Of a stretch of DNA of 64,000 nt, positions 1 to 9,029 are shown piece after piece. Each line of letters starts with the position of its first letter. Positions within the stretch are counted from its first letter, which is position 1. The position numbers were made by a program, and so were the translations under genes. Below the pieces are notes generated by a model. The model had not been told where the DNA came from. It searched no databases and saw nothing but the letters and a program-made list of their open reading frames with translations. Source of the DNA: an uncultured candidate division Zixibacteria bacterium (GTDB lineage Bacteria > Zixibacteria > MSB-5A5 > GN15 > FEB-12); assembly GCA_963664195.1 (NCBI GenBank), contig OY760907.1:1600001-1664000 (forward strand), given 5' to 3'.

Positions 1-167
1 ATGAAAACCGTTGCTTTGGCACCGGCCGTTTCGACGGCTGTGAGAGTCTCGGTCAGCGCTTCTTGATCGCGTCCCAACAGCAGCAGTTCACGATCCGGAG
101 CGGCCAGTGTAGTCGCAATCGCACGGCCGATGCCGCGGCTGGCGCCGGTGATGAGATATCTCTCCAT
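1..167 (-). CDS. SDR family oxidoreductase (5' part only; runs off window), candidate sepiapterin-reductase-like
   Basis: Manual translation MERYLITGASRGIGRAIATTLAAPDRELLLLGRD... has the TGxxxGIG Rossmann motif; starts 14 nt after the PTPS stop; absent from ORF track. Confidence 0.85.
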   Translation of the reverse strand, partial: MERYLITGASRGIGRAIATTLAAPDRELLLLGRDQEALTETLTAVETAGAKATVF

Positions 168-181
168 AACTGCTCGCTCCC

Positions 182-1423
182 TTATTCGGTCGTCGACTGG
201 CTGTTTGTCTTGCGCCTGAGAGCGAACCGGTTGTTTGGTGTTTCCCACAGTCTCAGGCGGTGAAGCCGGTAGTCGAGTTTATTGTCCAGTTTTGGCCAGA
301 GACAGGTCACAATGTTTTCACCGGTCGTCGGTTTGCCTGTGAAATCGTCTGTCTCCAGGCCGAGGTGTTTGTAGTTCCATGGTTTAATGGCGCTTTTGAT
401 CGCGTCGGTCATCACTACGAAATCGTACAACGTGCCGGTGCGTTCATCGTAGGGACCGCCAACGGTGGCCTCTACCCGATACTGGTGTCCGTGACCGTTT
501 AGATTGTTGCATTTGCCGTAGACTTCGAAGTTTTCCTTGTCGGTCAAGTGAGGGCTGTGCAGGCGATGAGCTGCGTGGAATGAATCCTCAATGCCCAGCA
601 GCGAGCGGCCCTCGCTCAAATACTCCGAGAAGAAATTTCTCAATTCGAACAGTTTGACGCGATCAACCGGCAGGTCAGCCTGTAGCTTTCGACAGATATA
701 GCGAGCCAGCGACTCAGTGGTAATCGGAAGGCCCCTGAGACCGGGAACGTCCGTATTGAGGTTCTTGTGATCCAACTCGGTGCGCACATCTCCGATCGCC
801 CGATGCCAGGTCTCGTACGGTACCAGCACGCCGCTCTCGGGGTCGACATCGCCGGTAAGTGTAACTTTCATCCGGTAGTTGTGGCCGTGCCCGGAGAGTT
901 CTGACGCGATGCCGAATAGCTGGCGGTTCTCCTCGTCGGACAAATGCGGCGAGCAGGTTCTTCTGGCGGCCGAGAACTCGTACCATAACTCGCGTTCCAC
1001 TCTTCCATCGGCGAAGGCAGTCGTGGAGCTGTCAAGCGAGTCATGGAGATGACAGGCAACCGGATTTGCCCGTTGATCATCAAACAGCGGTTTTACTTCT
1101 TCGAGCAGTCTCAGAGCCAGATTCTCGGGAGTCGGTACGATGTCGTTGTACGGCGGCGTATCCATATTGAGGAACTTGTGATCGTAACGTTCTGCCAGCA
1201 ACGCCATGACACGTTCTTTTATGAACGTGACGTTGAGCATCATACCGGTTCTCTCGTCGACCGGGCCATTGAAGATAAAATGTATGATGTAGTTGTAGCC
1301 GTGACCGTACTTGCCCTGACAGGCCGGTCCGTAGACAGTCCGATTGCGAGATTCGTCCCAGGCGGGGCGGAAGAGCCGTGCCGAGGATGAGATTTCAAAT
1401 CGTTTGCTGATAGTCAGGTACAT
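182..1423 (-). CDS. 6-pyruvoyl-tetrahydropterin synthase (PTPS/QueD T-fold) with three tandem domains
   Basis: Three repeats with GHGYNY / GHGHNY / GKCNNLNGHGHQY plus DHK-LN and PT-EN motifs; directly downstream of folE. Confidence 0.9.
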   Translation of the reverse strand: MYLTISKRFEISSSARLFRPAWDESRNRTVYGPACQGKYGHGYNYIIHFIFNGPVDERTGMMLNVTFIKERVMALLAERYDHKFLNMDTPPYNDIVPTPENLALRLLEEVKPLFDDQRANPVACHLHDSLDSSTTAFADGRVERELWYEFSAARRTCSPHLSDEENRQLFGIASELSGHGHNYRMKVTLTGDVDPESGVLVPYETWHRAIGDVRTELDHKNLNTDVPGLRGLPITTESLARYICRKLQADLPVDRVKLFELRNFFSEYLSEGRSLLGIEDSFHAAHRLHSPHLTDKENFEVYGKCNNLNGHGHQYRVEATVGGPYDERTGTLYDFVVMTDAIKSAIKPWNYKHLGLETDDFTGKPTTGENIVTCLWPKLDNKLDYRLHRLRLWETPNNRFALRRKTNSQSTTE

Positions 1424-1433
1424 GGTGCCGCTG

Positions 1434-1973
1434 CTACTTTATCAGGTCGAGGAACTCTGCGCGGGTGCTGGCATTGTTTCGGAATGCACCCAGCAAGCAT
1501 GAGGTCTTCATGACAGAATTCTGTTTCTGGACACCGCGCATCATCATGCAGAGATGTTTGGCCTCGATGACGACAGCAACTCCGGCAGCATCCAGACGAT
1601 CCATAAGCGTGTCTGCAATCTGCTTGGTGAGCCGTTCCTGAACCTGGAGTCGGCGGGCAAAGACATCAACAACTCGTGCGACCTTGGACAGGCCGATGAT
1701 ATGCTTGCGCGGCATGTAAGCGACATGGGCCTTGCCGATGAACGGCAGCAGGTGATGTTCGCACATGGAGTAAAGCTCAATGTCTTTCACAATAATCATC
1801 TCATCGGTGTCTGCAGTAAACAGCGCGTTGTTGATGACTTTGTCGACATCTTGTTCATAGCCACGGGTTAGAAAGCGCATGGCTTTGGCAGCCCGGGAAG
1901 GAGTGTCGATCAAGCCCTCGCGTTGTGGATCCTCGCCAAGAACCTCGAGCAAATTTCTGTATATCTCGTCCAT
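1434..1973 (-). CDS. folE: GTP cyclohydrolase I
   Basis: [22 protein letters not shown] and HLCMMMRG motifs; start chosen at ATG 1973 after AAAGGA. Confidence 0.97.
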   Translation of the reverse strand: MDEIYRNLLEVLGEDPQREGLIDTPSRAAKAMRFLTRGYEQDVDKVINNALFTADTDEMIIVKDIELYSMCEHHLLPFIGKAHVAYMPRKHIIGLSKVARVVDVFARRLQVQERLTKQIADTLMDRLDAAGVAVVIEAKHLCMMMRGVQKQNSVMKTSCLLGAFRNNASTRAEFLDLIK

Positions 1974-2137
1974 TGGGTATCCTTTATAACCACTTTGCGG
2001 CAAAGTGCCGGTACTATCTTCTCAGACCATAACCGAGGCTTGATCCTGGAAGTTCACAACATATACGATTGTATGGTAAACCGGTCTGCAATCGTTGGCA
2101 AGTGCAGAGTTTTTGTGGTCGTTCATTGAGAAACCGC

Positions 2138-2167
2138 TTGACATCTGACAAGCGAAAGTGGTATGAT
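2138..2167 (+). promoter_or_regulatory. sigma70-like promoter (TTGACA-18-TATGAT, extended -10 TG)
   Basis: ttgacatctgacaagcgaaagtggtatgat. Confidence 0.55.
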
Positions 2168-3175
2168 AGGTAATCATCATCGTAGGACTCTACAAATTGT
2201 CGATTCATTCACAGAGCACACAGACAGATATCAGGAGTTACTGTTTGCGCCCCGGTCGGATTATGTCCGTTCACGGGCAGTTCGGAAAACGTTGATTTTT
2301 CCTGGGGGTGAGGTACGTCTATTCTGCAGGGCAGAGGGAGGTGATCATAGACAAAATCGTTAGCAAGACCCGAGTGCACAGGGGCTGAGTCACAGAGCCT
2401 TAACCAATGCTGTACATTTGGAAATGTGTGTCGGGACGGTTTTGGGTAATGCCGCACATTAGGAGTCTGTCAAGAAATTCCTTTCCATCGGGCAGCGCAG
2501 TCGATCAGTCCTGATCGGGTGCAAGCTTTGATTGATCAATAAACCGCCCGCACGGCTGGTGTCATTCAGAAGAGAGATGATTTGGTCCAGTGACGCTTTG
2601 CAACGCATCTCGCGAGGCGGCCGCTACGACTGCCTTAGTTCGATATGTCTCCCGTGGAGCATTGCGACCTGGCAGACCATGAGGATCCTGACTCTCCTTC
2701 TGTGAAGAGTTGGTTAGGGACCCGGCAGTGGGGTGGTGATATACCGCTGCCGGGTTCTTTATGTCGCGCGAGGCACCTCCCGCGACGCGTGGTGGCGCCG
2801 TGAATGGTCGTTTTCGGACCCGCCCGGAATACCGAAATCACCGTGACTTTGACCTGCTTGTGGCCCGGGGGAGCAGTTTTGTCCTCAAATATGCTGTTTT
2901 TGACTCCCTTTTCGGGCCGGTATCAGAGGATATCCAAGATAAATTGACATTTGGAAAGATAATTGCATCTTTTTCTAAGAAAAGCTGTTATATAGACAAC
3001 GAAATTATTGATTTGAGTTCGATCTTTTTGGAAGTTTTGTCCTAACCAACAACACACCTCTAAAGCTTAATCTCGAATTGATCGCGCAATCAAGCGCAAG
3101 AAGTCATTTGTCTTGAAGTGTCGATTCCCACGGGAATCAAGAATAACTTCGAGATGAGCAATTACGGAGTGTAGG

Positions 3176-3466
3176 ATGAATATCTACGTAGGAAACATGT
3201 CGTTTAACACGTCAGAAGACGAATTGCGCCAAGCCTTTGAGGGTTTTGGTGAAGTATCAAAAGTCGCCGTTATTACCGACAAGTTCACGGGTGACCCGAG
3301 AGGTTTCGCGTTTGTCGAAATGCCGGCCAAAGAAGAAGCTATGGCTGCCATCAGCGGTTTGAACGGCCAGGACATGAACGGTCGCGCGCTGAACGTCAAC
3401 GAAGCAAAGCCCCGCGAAGGCGGCGGCGGTGGTAACCGTGGCGGCGGCGGACGTGGCCGCTACTAG
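3176..3466 (+). CDS. RRM RNA-binding protein with Gly/Arg-rich tail
   Basis: RNP2 IYVGNM, RNP1 RGFAFVEM, GGGG/RGG tail; GGAG SD. Confidence 0.96.
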   Translation: MNIYVGNMSFNTSEDELRQAFEGFGEVSKVAVITDKFTGDPRGFAFVEMPAKEEAMAAISGLNGQDMNGRALNVNEAKPREGGGGGNRGGGGRGRY

Positions 3467-3510
3467 GCTGCCTTCTGCTGCGTCGAGATAAAAGATCTCG
3501 ATATAAGCTC

Positions 3511-3544
3511 AAAAGCGACCGGTATTTTACCGGTCGCTTTTTTT
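3511..3544 (+). terminator. Intrinsic terminator, probably bidirectional
   Basis: aaaagcgaccggta-ttt-taccggtcgctttttttt between convergent genes. Confidence 0.9.
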
Positions 3545-3602
3545 GTGCGTCGGAGTACTTTGCCAGCTAGCAAAAGCGCAATCGCTGCCGGATTCAAGGC
3601 CG

Positions 3603-4760
3603 TCAGTTTGCGGTCGTATCGATCGGCGCGTGAGGATAGAGCGGCTGGCGGTTCTGGAACGACAGAATCGCGGGTTTTTGAATCACGCCGGCATCGACAT
3701 TCACTGCCTGTCGAATGGTTTCATTCTGCTGCCAGCTCTCACGGTCCCCCACTACAGTCGGTAAATGGACAACGAGAGCAGCAGAAATAGACCGCGAGGC
3801 ACTTTCCCAGAGATAGCTTGGGGTATGATCCACCGCGTAGTAATCTACCGTGCCGACTTTGAACATTGGCTTCTCAAAGGTTGTGGGCTTGGCGAAGGAG
3901 AATCCCATACCTTCATCGCAACTGACATCGATGATCAGGCAGCGTGGCTTAAGACCGGATACTTCTTCATCAGTCACGAAGTCGAGGGGGTGGTCAGGAT
4001 CCTGAAAAGTCCCGTTAACAATGACATCGGATTGACTAATCAGGTCCATCAACGGTCGCTCAGAACCATCGTGCTCCACCAGAAGCATACGTGGCTCCCC
4101 CTCCTTGCCTTCCCGAATTCGGACATAGTGGCAATCAAGTACTTCCTCGCGCACTTCGTGGTCGGGACGCTGAATGCAGATGGTGATATCCCTAAACCCA
4201 CGAGCCTTGAGGGCATAAATGGCCCCACGGCTGACGGCGCCAAAACTGAAAATCGTGGTCTTGCGCTGATCTCCGTAGTGCCCGTCGATACCTTTCAACT
4301 GCAAGGCATGTAACACCGCGCAGTAGCCGGCTATCTCGTTGTTCTTATAGAAAGTATGGCGGCCGATTTGTCCGCTGGGGCTCCAGATAAACATATCCTC
4401 GAAGGCGATGAGCGTCTGCTTGCGATCGATTGCGGTCTGGGTAATATCCCGCTGTTGTACGCAGTGAGGCCAACCCCAGAGAATGCCGCCCTTGCGAAGT
4501 TCCTGCAAGTCAGAAGTTACCGGTTTTGGGATGATAACGTTCCCTATATCGGCCAATAGTTCATGTCGTGAGGCAGTGCCACCCGTCTGTGCGGCAAGCT
4601 CGGAATCTCCGATGCCGAAAGGCACTCCGTAGCCCTCTTCGAATACCAGTTGGCGGCGGATTTGTTCTGGAAGGCGTGACAGGTGCTCCGGGTGGATGGG
4701 AATACGTCGCTCATCCTCTTTCCTCGAAGTACCAATAACCCCAAATGTCGATTTGCTCAT
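3603..4760 (-). CDS. N5-(carboxyethyl)ornithine synthase / alanine dehydrogenase (AlaDh/PNT) family protein
   Basis: KEDERRIPIHP, EEGYG, GWPHCVQ, NNEIAGY, IIDVSCDEGMGF, YYAVDHTPS. Confidence 0.85.
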   Translation of the reverse strand: MSKSTFGVIGTSRKEDERRIPIHPEHLSRLPEQIRRQLVFEEGYGVPFGIGDSELAAQTGGTASRHELLADIGNVIIPKPVTSDLQELRKGGILWGWPHCVQQRDITQTAIDRKQTLIAFEDMFIWSPSGQIGRHTFYKNNEIAGYCAVLHALQLKGIDGHYGDQRKTTIFSFGAVSRGAIYALKARGFRDITICIQRPDHEVREEVLDCHYVRIREGKEGEPRMLLVEHDGSERPLMDLISQSDVIVNGTFQDPDHPLDFVTDEEVSGLKPRCLIIDVSCDEGMGFSFAKPTTFEKPMFKVGTVDYYAVDHTPSYLWESASRSISAALVVHLPTVVGDRESWQQNETIRQAVNVDAGVIQKPAILSFQNRQPLYPHAPIDTTAN

Positions 4761-5020
4761 AGCGTTTCCTTTGGTTTTAGACAAATAAGGCTAGTGGCTT
4801 TGTGGAAGGATGACCAGTGGTCAGAATTGCACGCCTTCAGACAATTCAGACAGGCAGGGTAGTAATTTACTTAGTTGTATATGTTTTCGCAATCTTTAAC
4901 TCATTTATCTTTTCTTTGGAGGGAGGGGACTTGGGGGGCAGAGTCAGCCTCTTGTAGGGAAGCCTCATGTAGATACCGTCTTTGAACTTCAGACCTGCCA
5001 GGTTTTCGCCTGCCCACTAC

Positions 5021-5348
5021 GTGCTGTCAGGTGTCAACGACGCCGAGCGTCCTCACCTGACAGCTATCAGACGGATATGCTGTGAGGTCAGACGAAACGA
5101 CGCTGTGCGTCCCCGTTCTGCAGCCATTCAAGAGTCAAGAACCCTACCCACCAGGTGCTGTCAGACGACCCCGTCTGACAGCTACCACCGAGTCAAGAAC
5201 CTTACCCGCTTCGTGCTGTCGGGTGTCCCCACCTGACAGCTACCAAACATACGAGCTGAATCTGCGGACGAGTATCTCCAGGGACGTATCAGACTGAGGG
5301 ATGCTGGGAGTATGCAGGGCGCTGTCACGTGGGGACACGCGACAGCAC
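5021..5348. repeat. Cluster of REP-like palindromes GTGCTGTC-N5-loop-N5-GACAGC (family A)
   Basis: Copies at 5021-5064, 5155-5182, 5213-5240 and inverted 5321-5348; linker gagtcaagaaccytaccc occurs twice. Confidence 0.85.
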
Positions 5349-5372
5349 ACATAAGGGGGGGAAGCTTCCGGG

Positions 5373-5404
5373 TTGTGGGCGGCAGATGACAATCTGCCCC
5401 GGCC
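5373..5404 (+). repeat. REP-like element family B (TTGTGGGCGGCAGA..TCTGCCCC)
   Basis: Related copies at 17355-17385, 29071-29104 and 54473-54506 (minus). Confidence 0.75.
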
Positions 5405-5468
5405 TCACGTACTAGCGGAGACCCCTCCATCCCCGGCGCATAACTATGTCCTCACGTCCATCTTCCCC

Positions 5469-5497
5469 TTGCAGAATGGATCGTCGTGTCTTATAAT
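5469..5497 (+). promoter_or_regulatory. sigma70-like promoter upstream of NACHT gene
   Basis: TTGCAG-17 nt-TATAAT. Confidence 0.55.
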
Positions 5498-5649
5498 GTG
5501 TGTGGGGAATCAAGGCACGATACAGCGTGCCGTTTGAGATTCGTTTAGGCACTACATTGAGATAGAAGACAGATCCGAGGGAAGGTCCGACCGCGTTAAC
5601 GGTCAGACGTCCGCTGGATAGCTATTCGATCGAGGAAGAGGATACGATT

Positions 5650-8600
5650 ATGGCTTCGAAGTTAGTCGAGATGTTGGGTCTTTCGGCCAAGGACCAAGAA
5701 TCTATCAAGAAGAGTTCTGGCAGGATGAAGTCGGTTGCCGAGTTCATTTCCGATACGATCAAGGCGACTGAGACGGTAGACTTTCTGAAGTCTTTGGCTG
5801 AGTCCACTCCGTGGTGGTTGCAGGCGGTGGGTGAATCTGTTGCGGAAGCTGCCCCCCCGATCAAGTTTCTCGCAACACTCATTGGCAAGTTGGGCGAAAT
5901 CAAGGATCCCGATCGACTGGCGTACTTAGCATTCACGACTGCCTATCAAAGATCACTCGAGAAGGCTCTTCAGACCGTGGGGCCGCCGACGTCATCAAAA
6001 AGCCGTCAGTCAAGATGGACTCCCAATCGTGACATTCTGACGCCGGACGAAGGGATGTCCTTCGAGACGTACTCCTTGTCTGATCCTCTGAATCACCCGT
6101 TTCTGCGACAGGCCACAGATATCCTCACCAATGGAATGGCGGCAGCAGGCTATAATGATAGCGAAGTACGCAGGATCCAAAACGAAGTGGCGATACGGTT
6201 TCCCGGCTGCCTCAAGAGCCTGATCACGCATCCGTCAACCCGAGAGAAGTACGTTGCCTTTGCCGAGTGGATGAGATACGGTAATAAGGAGGCCCGAGTT
6301 CATGCTGCGTGGTCGGACCATTGCGAGTACCAACGGTATCTATTTGAAGAACAGTGCGTATTCGGGGAGGAACCATTCTCACTGTCCGAGATTTACGTCG
6401 AGACCGAGTGTGGCGTGCTCTCGTGTGAGGAAGTCTGGAAAGAAGCGCAAAAACAGGAATGTGATTGTACGCCGGGTCGCCGACGGCTTTCCACGGAGCA
6501 CAAGAGGACAGACCCTTTCTGCGAAGAGTGCGGGGGAAGGCACGATTTGCTAGGCAGTGTGATGGAACTGATCGGTGACAAGTCTTTCCGAGATGCCATT
6601 GTAGTGCAGGGACCGGCCGGGTCGGGGAAATCCGCTTTTACGGTTCGATTGGCAATGGAACTGCTCAGGAACGGTCTGATACCAATCCGGATTAGATTCA
6701 AAGACATACCGCTTAGTTCCATGAATGTCGAGGATGCGCTGCCGGAGGCCGTACGTTTCTGGGATATTGACCAAAGACCGGACGATCTTCCGGCCGCTAA
6801 ACCAGAAGAGCTTTTCTTGGATAAGACGCTTTTTGATCAGAGGGTCGATTTCAACGGTGTTTCCATATGCCCTTACGTGCTCATTCTGGATGGCTGGGAT
6901 GAAGTCAGCGTAGCGGCTCAGAAAGGCTTCTCTGTGCGTATAGGGGAGATACTGACTCAAGTCCGCGACCGATTCCTGAATCGCGGACACCGCACTCAGG
7001 TGAGAGTCGTATTGACGGGGAGGCCGTCGGCCGCTGTTTCGGACAGTTCCTTCCTCACCAAGCAGACTCGGTTGCTGACGATCCGCCCTCTTGCGCCATC
7101 AAAACTCGAAGACTTTGTTGCTTGCTTGGCACCGCGCTTAGTTGACCCTCGGCATCGAGACAATGCCGATTTCAAGCGATTTTCTGCCATCTTGTCGCAG
7201 TACGCCGATGATTTCAAGGCGCGGACTACAGAGCAGCCTGATAGTGAACATGATTGTGGGACCATGGAGGTTCTGGGGCTCCCTCTGCTGACTCATCTAG
7301 CGGTCCGTCTAATGGTACGCTGGCCAGACTCTGACCTTGCTCCTCTCGTACAGAATCCCACAACGCTTTACCGCCAACTTACGAATCTGACTTGTGAGAA
7401 GGGTGGTCGCTACGGGAAAGAGGTGTATGATCCAGGATTCCCAGGTAAGGATCTACGAGAATTGCTTCATGAGACCGCTGTTGCCATGACAGTGTATGGC
7501 AGAGACAGTATTCCCTACGATGAGTTGGACTTACGCCTATCTCAGATGGATGAAGATCTGCTCAAGCGGGTACAACAAGTTACTGAAGCAAACCCCGTCA
7601 CTAGTCTGATGATCAACTTCTTCTTCAAGGGTGGTCGAACGGAACTTGGAGCCGAGTTTCTCCATAAATCCTTTCGGGAGTTTCTATTCGCAGAGGCTAT
7701 TGTTGAGACACTCAAGCAGTACGGTCGCACCGCGCCAGAGAAGCTCGACGAGCAGTCGAGTACTCGCTATGAGGCAGATTTCGGGGAGGGCGATCCGAGG
7801 CGGGACCTCAGCAGGCGACTGGGAAAACTCTTGGGGCCGCAATGGTTGACGAAAGAAGTGTGCCTTTTCGTTGAGGGTTTGCTTCGCTGGGAACTGGCCA
7901 GATCACACGGGGCAGAAAAGGAAAGCGCTCTCGGGGCCACTACTGAGTCTTTGCCGATTCCACAGTGGCAGCGCGTTGCAGACGGACTGGCGGATCTTTG
8001 GAACTGGTGGGGCGAGGGCGTACATCTGAGAGTACAGCCGAAGTTCTTGGGCAAGAAGATTACGGAATGGACACCTCCTCTTGTCAATGAACTTGTCCAC
8101 TGGGCGATGCCTCAGGACCAGCCAAAGGGAGAAGTCCCGGTGGCTCCGCGGACGACTACTCTAGATGGCCATCTAGGCGATGGTCTCTGTCGCCTTGCTC
8201 TGTTGGTGCATCACTATCTTGCGGTGGCACCTGGGGATGAGTCGAATTGGGAGGACTTCGATGAGGAGGCCAAAGATGTACCCAGTGTGCGACGATATCA
8301 GGCGCTCGGCAGGAGGAACGGAAAGTGGGCGGCGCGCTTTGCTCCATCAGGTCCCGATACGAGCTACTTCCGTAACTATGCTGCGCGGATCAATGCGGCT
8401 GGTTGGTGTCCCTTGTTGACATTTCCCTCCGGGCTCTTCATGGAGAGTGTTCACTTCGCCGGATGCATGCTGCACTTCTCTGGTTTTTTTCTCTGTCGTC
8501 TACGTGGAGCCAATCTGAGAGGTGCGGGACTAGCTGGAGTGTGTTTCTACGAAACCGACCTTTCGGGCGCTGACCTCTCGATGTCGATGATGGTCGGAAC

Positions 8601-8730
8601 AAGCTTCATTCGTTGCCAACTGCACGGCGCTTTTGTTGAGCATCTCGCTTTCCGCGATTGTCTCGTCAGGGATTGTAAGCCCAACGAGGTAGTCAAGTCA
8701 TTGACCAAGCCAGACCGCCTTCCCTTCTAG
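5650..8730 (+). CDS. NACHT-type STAND NTPase with C-terminal pentapeptide repeats
   Basis: Walker A GPAGSGKS, Walker B VLILDGWDE, LTGRP, GLPLL, EFLHKSFREF; C-terminal ANLRGAGLAG/ADLS pentapeptides. Confidence 0.88.
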   Translation: MASKLVEMLGLSAKDQESIKKSSGRMKSVAEFISDTIKATETVDFLKSLAESTPWWLQAVGESVAEAAPPIKFLATLIGKLGEIKDPDRLAYLAFTTAYQRSLEKALQTVGPPTSSKSRQSRWTPNRDILTPDEGMSFETYSLSDPLNHPFLRQATDILTNGMAAAGYNDSEVRRIQNEVAIRFPGCLKSLITHPSTREKYVAFAEWMRYGNKEARVHAAWSDHCEYQRYLFEEQCVFGEEPFSLSEIYVETECGVLSCEEVWKEAQKQECDCTPGRRRLSTEHKRTDPFCEECGGRHDLLGSVMELIGDKSFRDAIVVQGPAGSGKSAFTVRLAMELLRNGLIPIRIRFKDIPLSSMNVEDALPEAVRFWDIDQRPDDLPAAKPEELFLDKTLFDQRVDFNGVSICPYVLILDGWDEVSVAAQKGFSVRIGEILTQVRDRFLNRGHRTQVRVVLTGRPSAAVSDSSFLTKQTRLLTIRPLAPSKLEDFVACLAPRLVDPRHRDNADFKRFSAILSQYADDFKARTTEQPDSEHDCGTMEVLGLPLLTHLAVRLMVRWPDSDLAPLVQNPTTLYRQLTNLTCEKGGRYGKEVYDPGFPGKDLRELLHETAVAMTVYGRDSIPYDELDLRLSQMDEDLLKRVQQVTEANPVTSLMINFFFKGGRTELGAEFLHKSFREFLFAEAIVETLKQYGRTAPEKLDEQSSTRYEADFGEGDPRRDLSRRLGKLLGPQWLTKEVCLFVEGLLRWELARSHGAEKESALGATTESLPIPQWQRVADGLADLWNWWGEGVHLRVQPKFLGKKITEWTPPLVNELVHWAMPQDQPKGEVPVAPRTTTLDGHLGDGLCRLALLVHHYLAVAPGDESNWEDFDEEAKDVPSVRRYQALGRRNGKWAARFAPSGPDTSYFRNYAARINAAGWCPLLTFPSGLFMESVHFAGCMLHFSGFFLCRLRGANLRGAGLAGVCFYETDLSGADLSMSMMVGTSFIRCQLHGAFVEHLAFRDCLVRDCKPNEVVKSLTKPDRLPF

Positions 8731-8770
8731 TCTGGGGCCGGCCTGTCCGCCGGACGAAACCGCGAGCGGC

Positions 8771-8840
8771 GGGTGGCCGGGTCAAACTTGTTTGGCCCGG
8801 AATCAAGTCCCCCTCCAAGCAAGTTTGAAGGGGCCGCCCG
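8771..8840. repeat. REP-like inverted pair family C (GGGTGGCCGG.TCAAACTTGTTTG)
   Basis: 8771-8800 plus inverted degenerate copy 8816-8840; near-identical copy at 16294-16323 (minus). Confidence 0.75.
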
Positions 8841-8887
8841 GGGGACAATGAAATGTCCTCTTAGATTGACCCATCAAGTGGTACAGG

Positions 8888-8931
8888 CTTCGACAGGCTC
8901 ACAGACTAGTCTGTTCAGCCTGACTTGATTG
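8888..8931 (-). repeat. Dispersed repeat family D (CAATCGAGTCAG.CTG...GTGAGCCTGTCGAAG)
   Basis: Related copies at 24070-24112 and 29236-29275. Confidence 0.75.
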
Positions 8932-9029
8932 ATCGTTGCCGTTCTGTCTAGCCCCCCCCACTCAAGCTCTGCCCCTTTCCTGACGAAAATATAGAGTAAT
9001 ATCAAATTCTATCGAAGTCAGGAGATGCT

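Noticed and set aside
5021..5348. CRISPR array
   Set aside because: Repeats vary internally, occur in both orientations with irregular spacing and repeated linkers; no cas genes in the window
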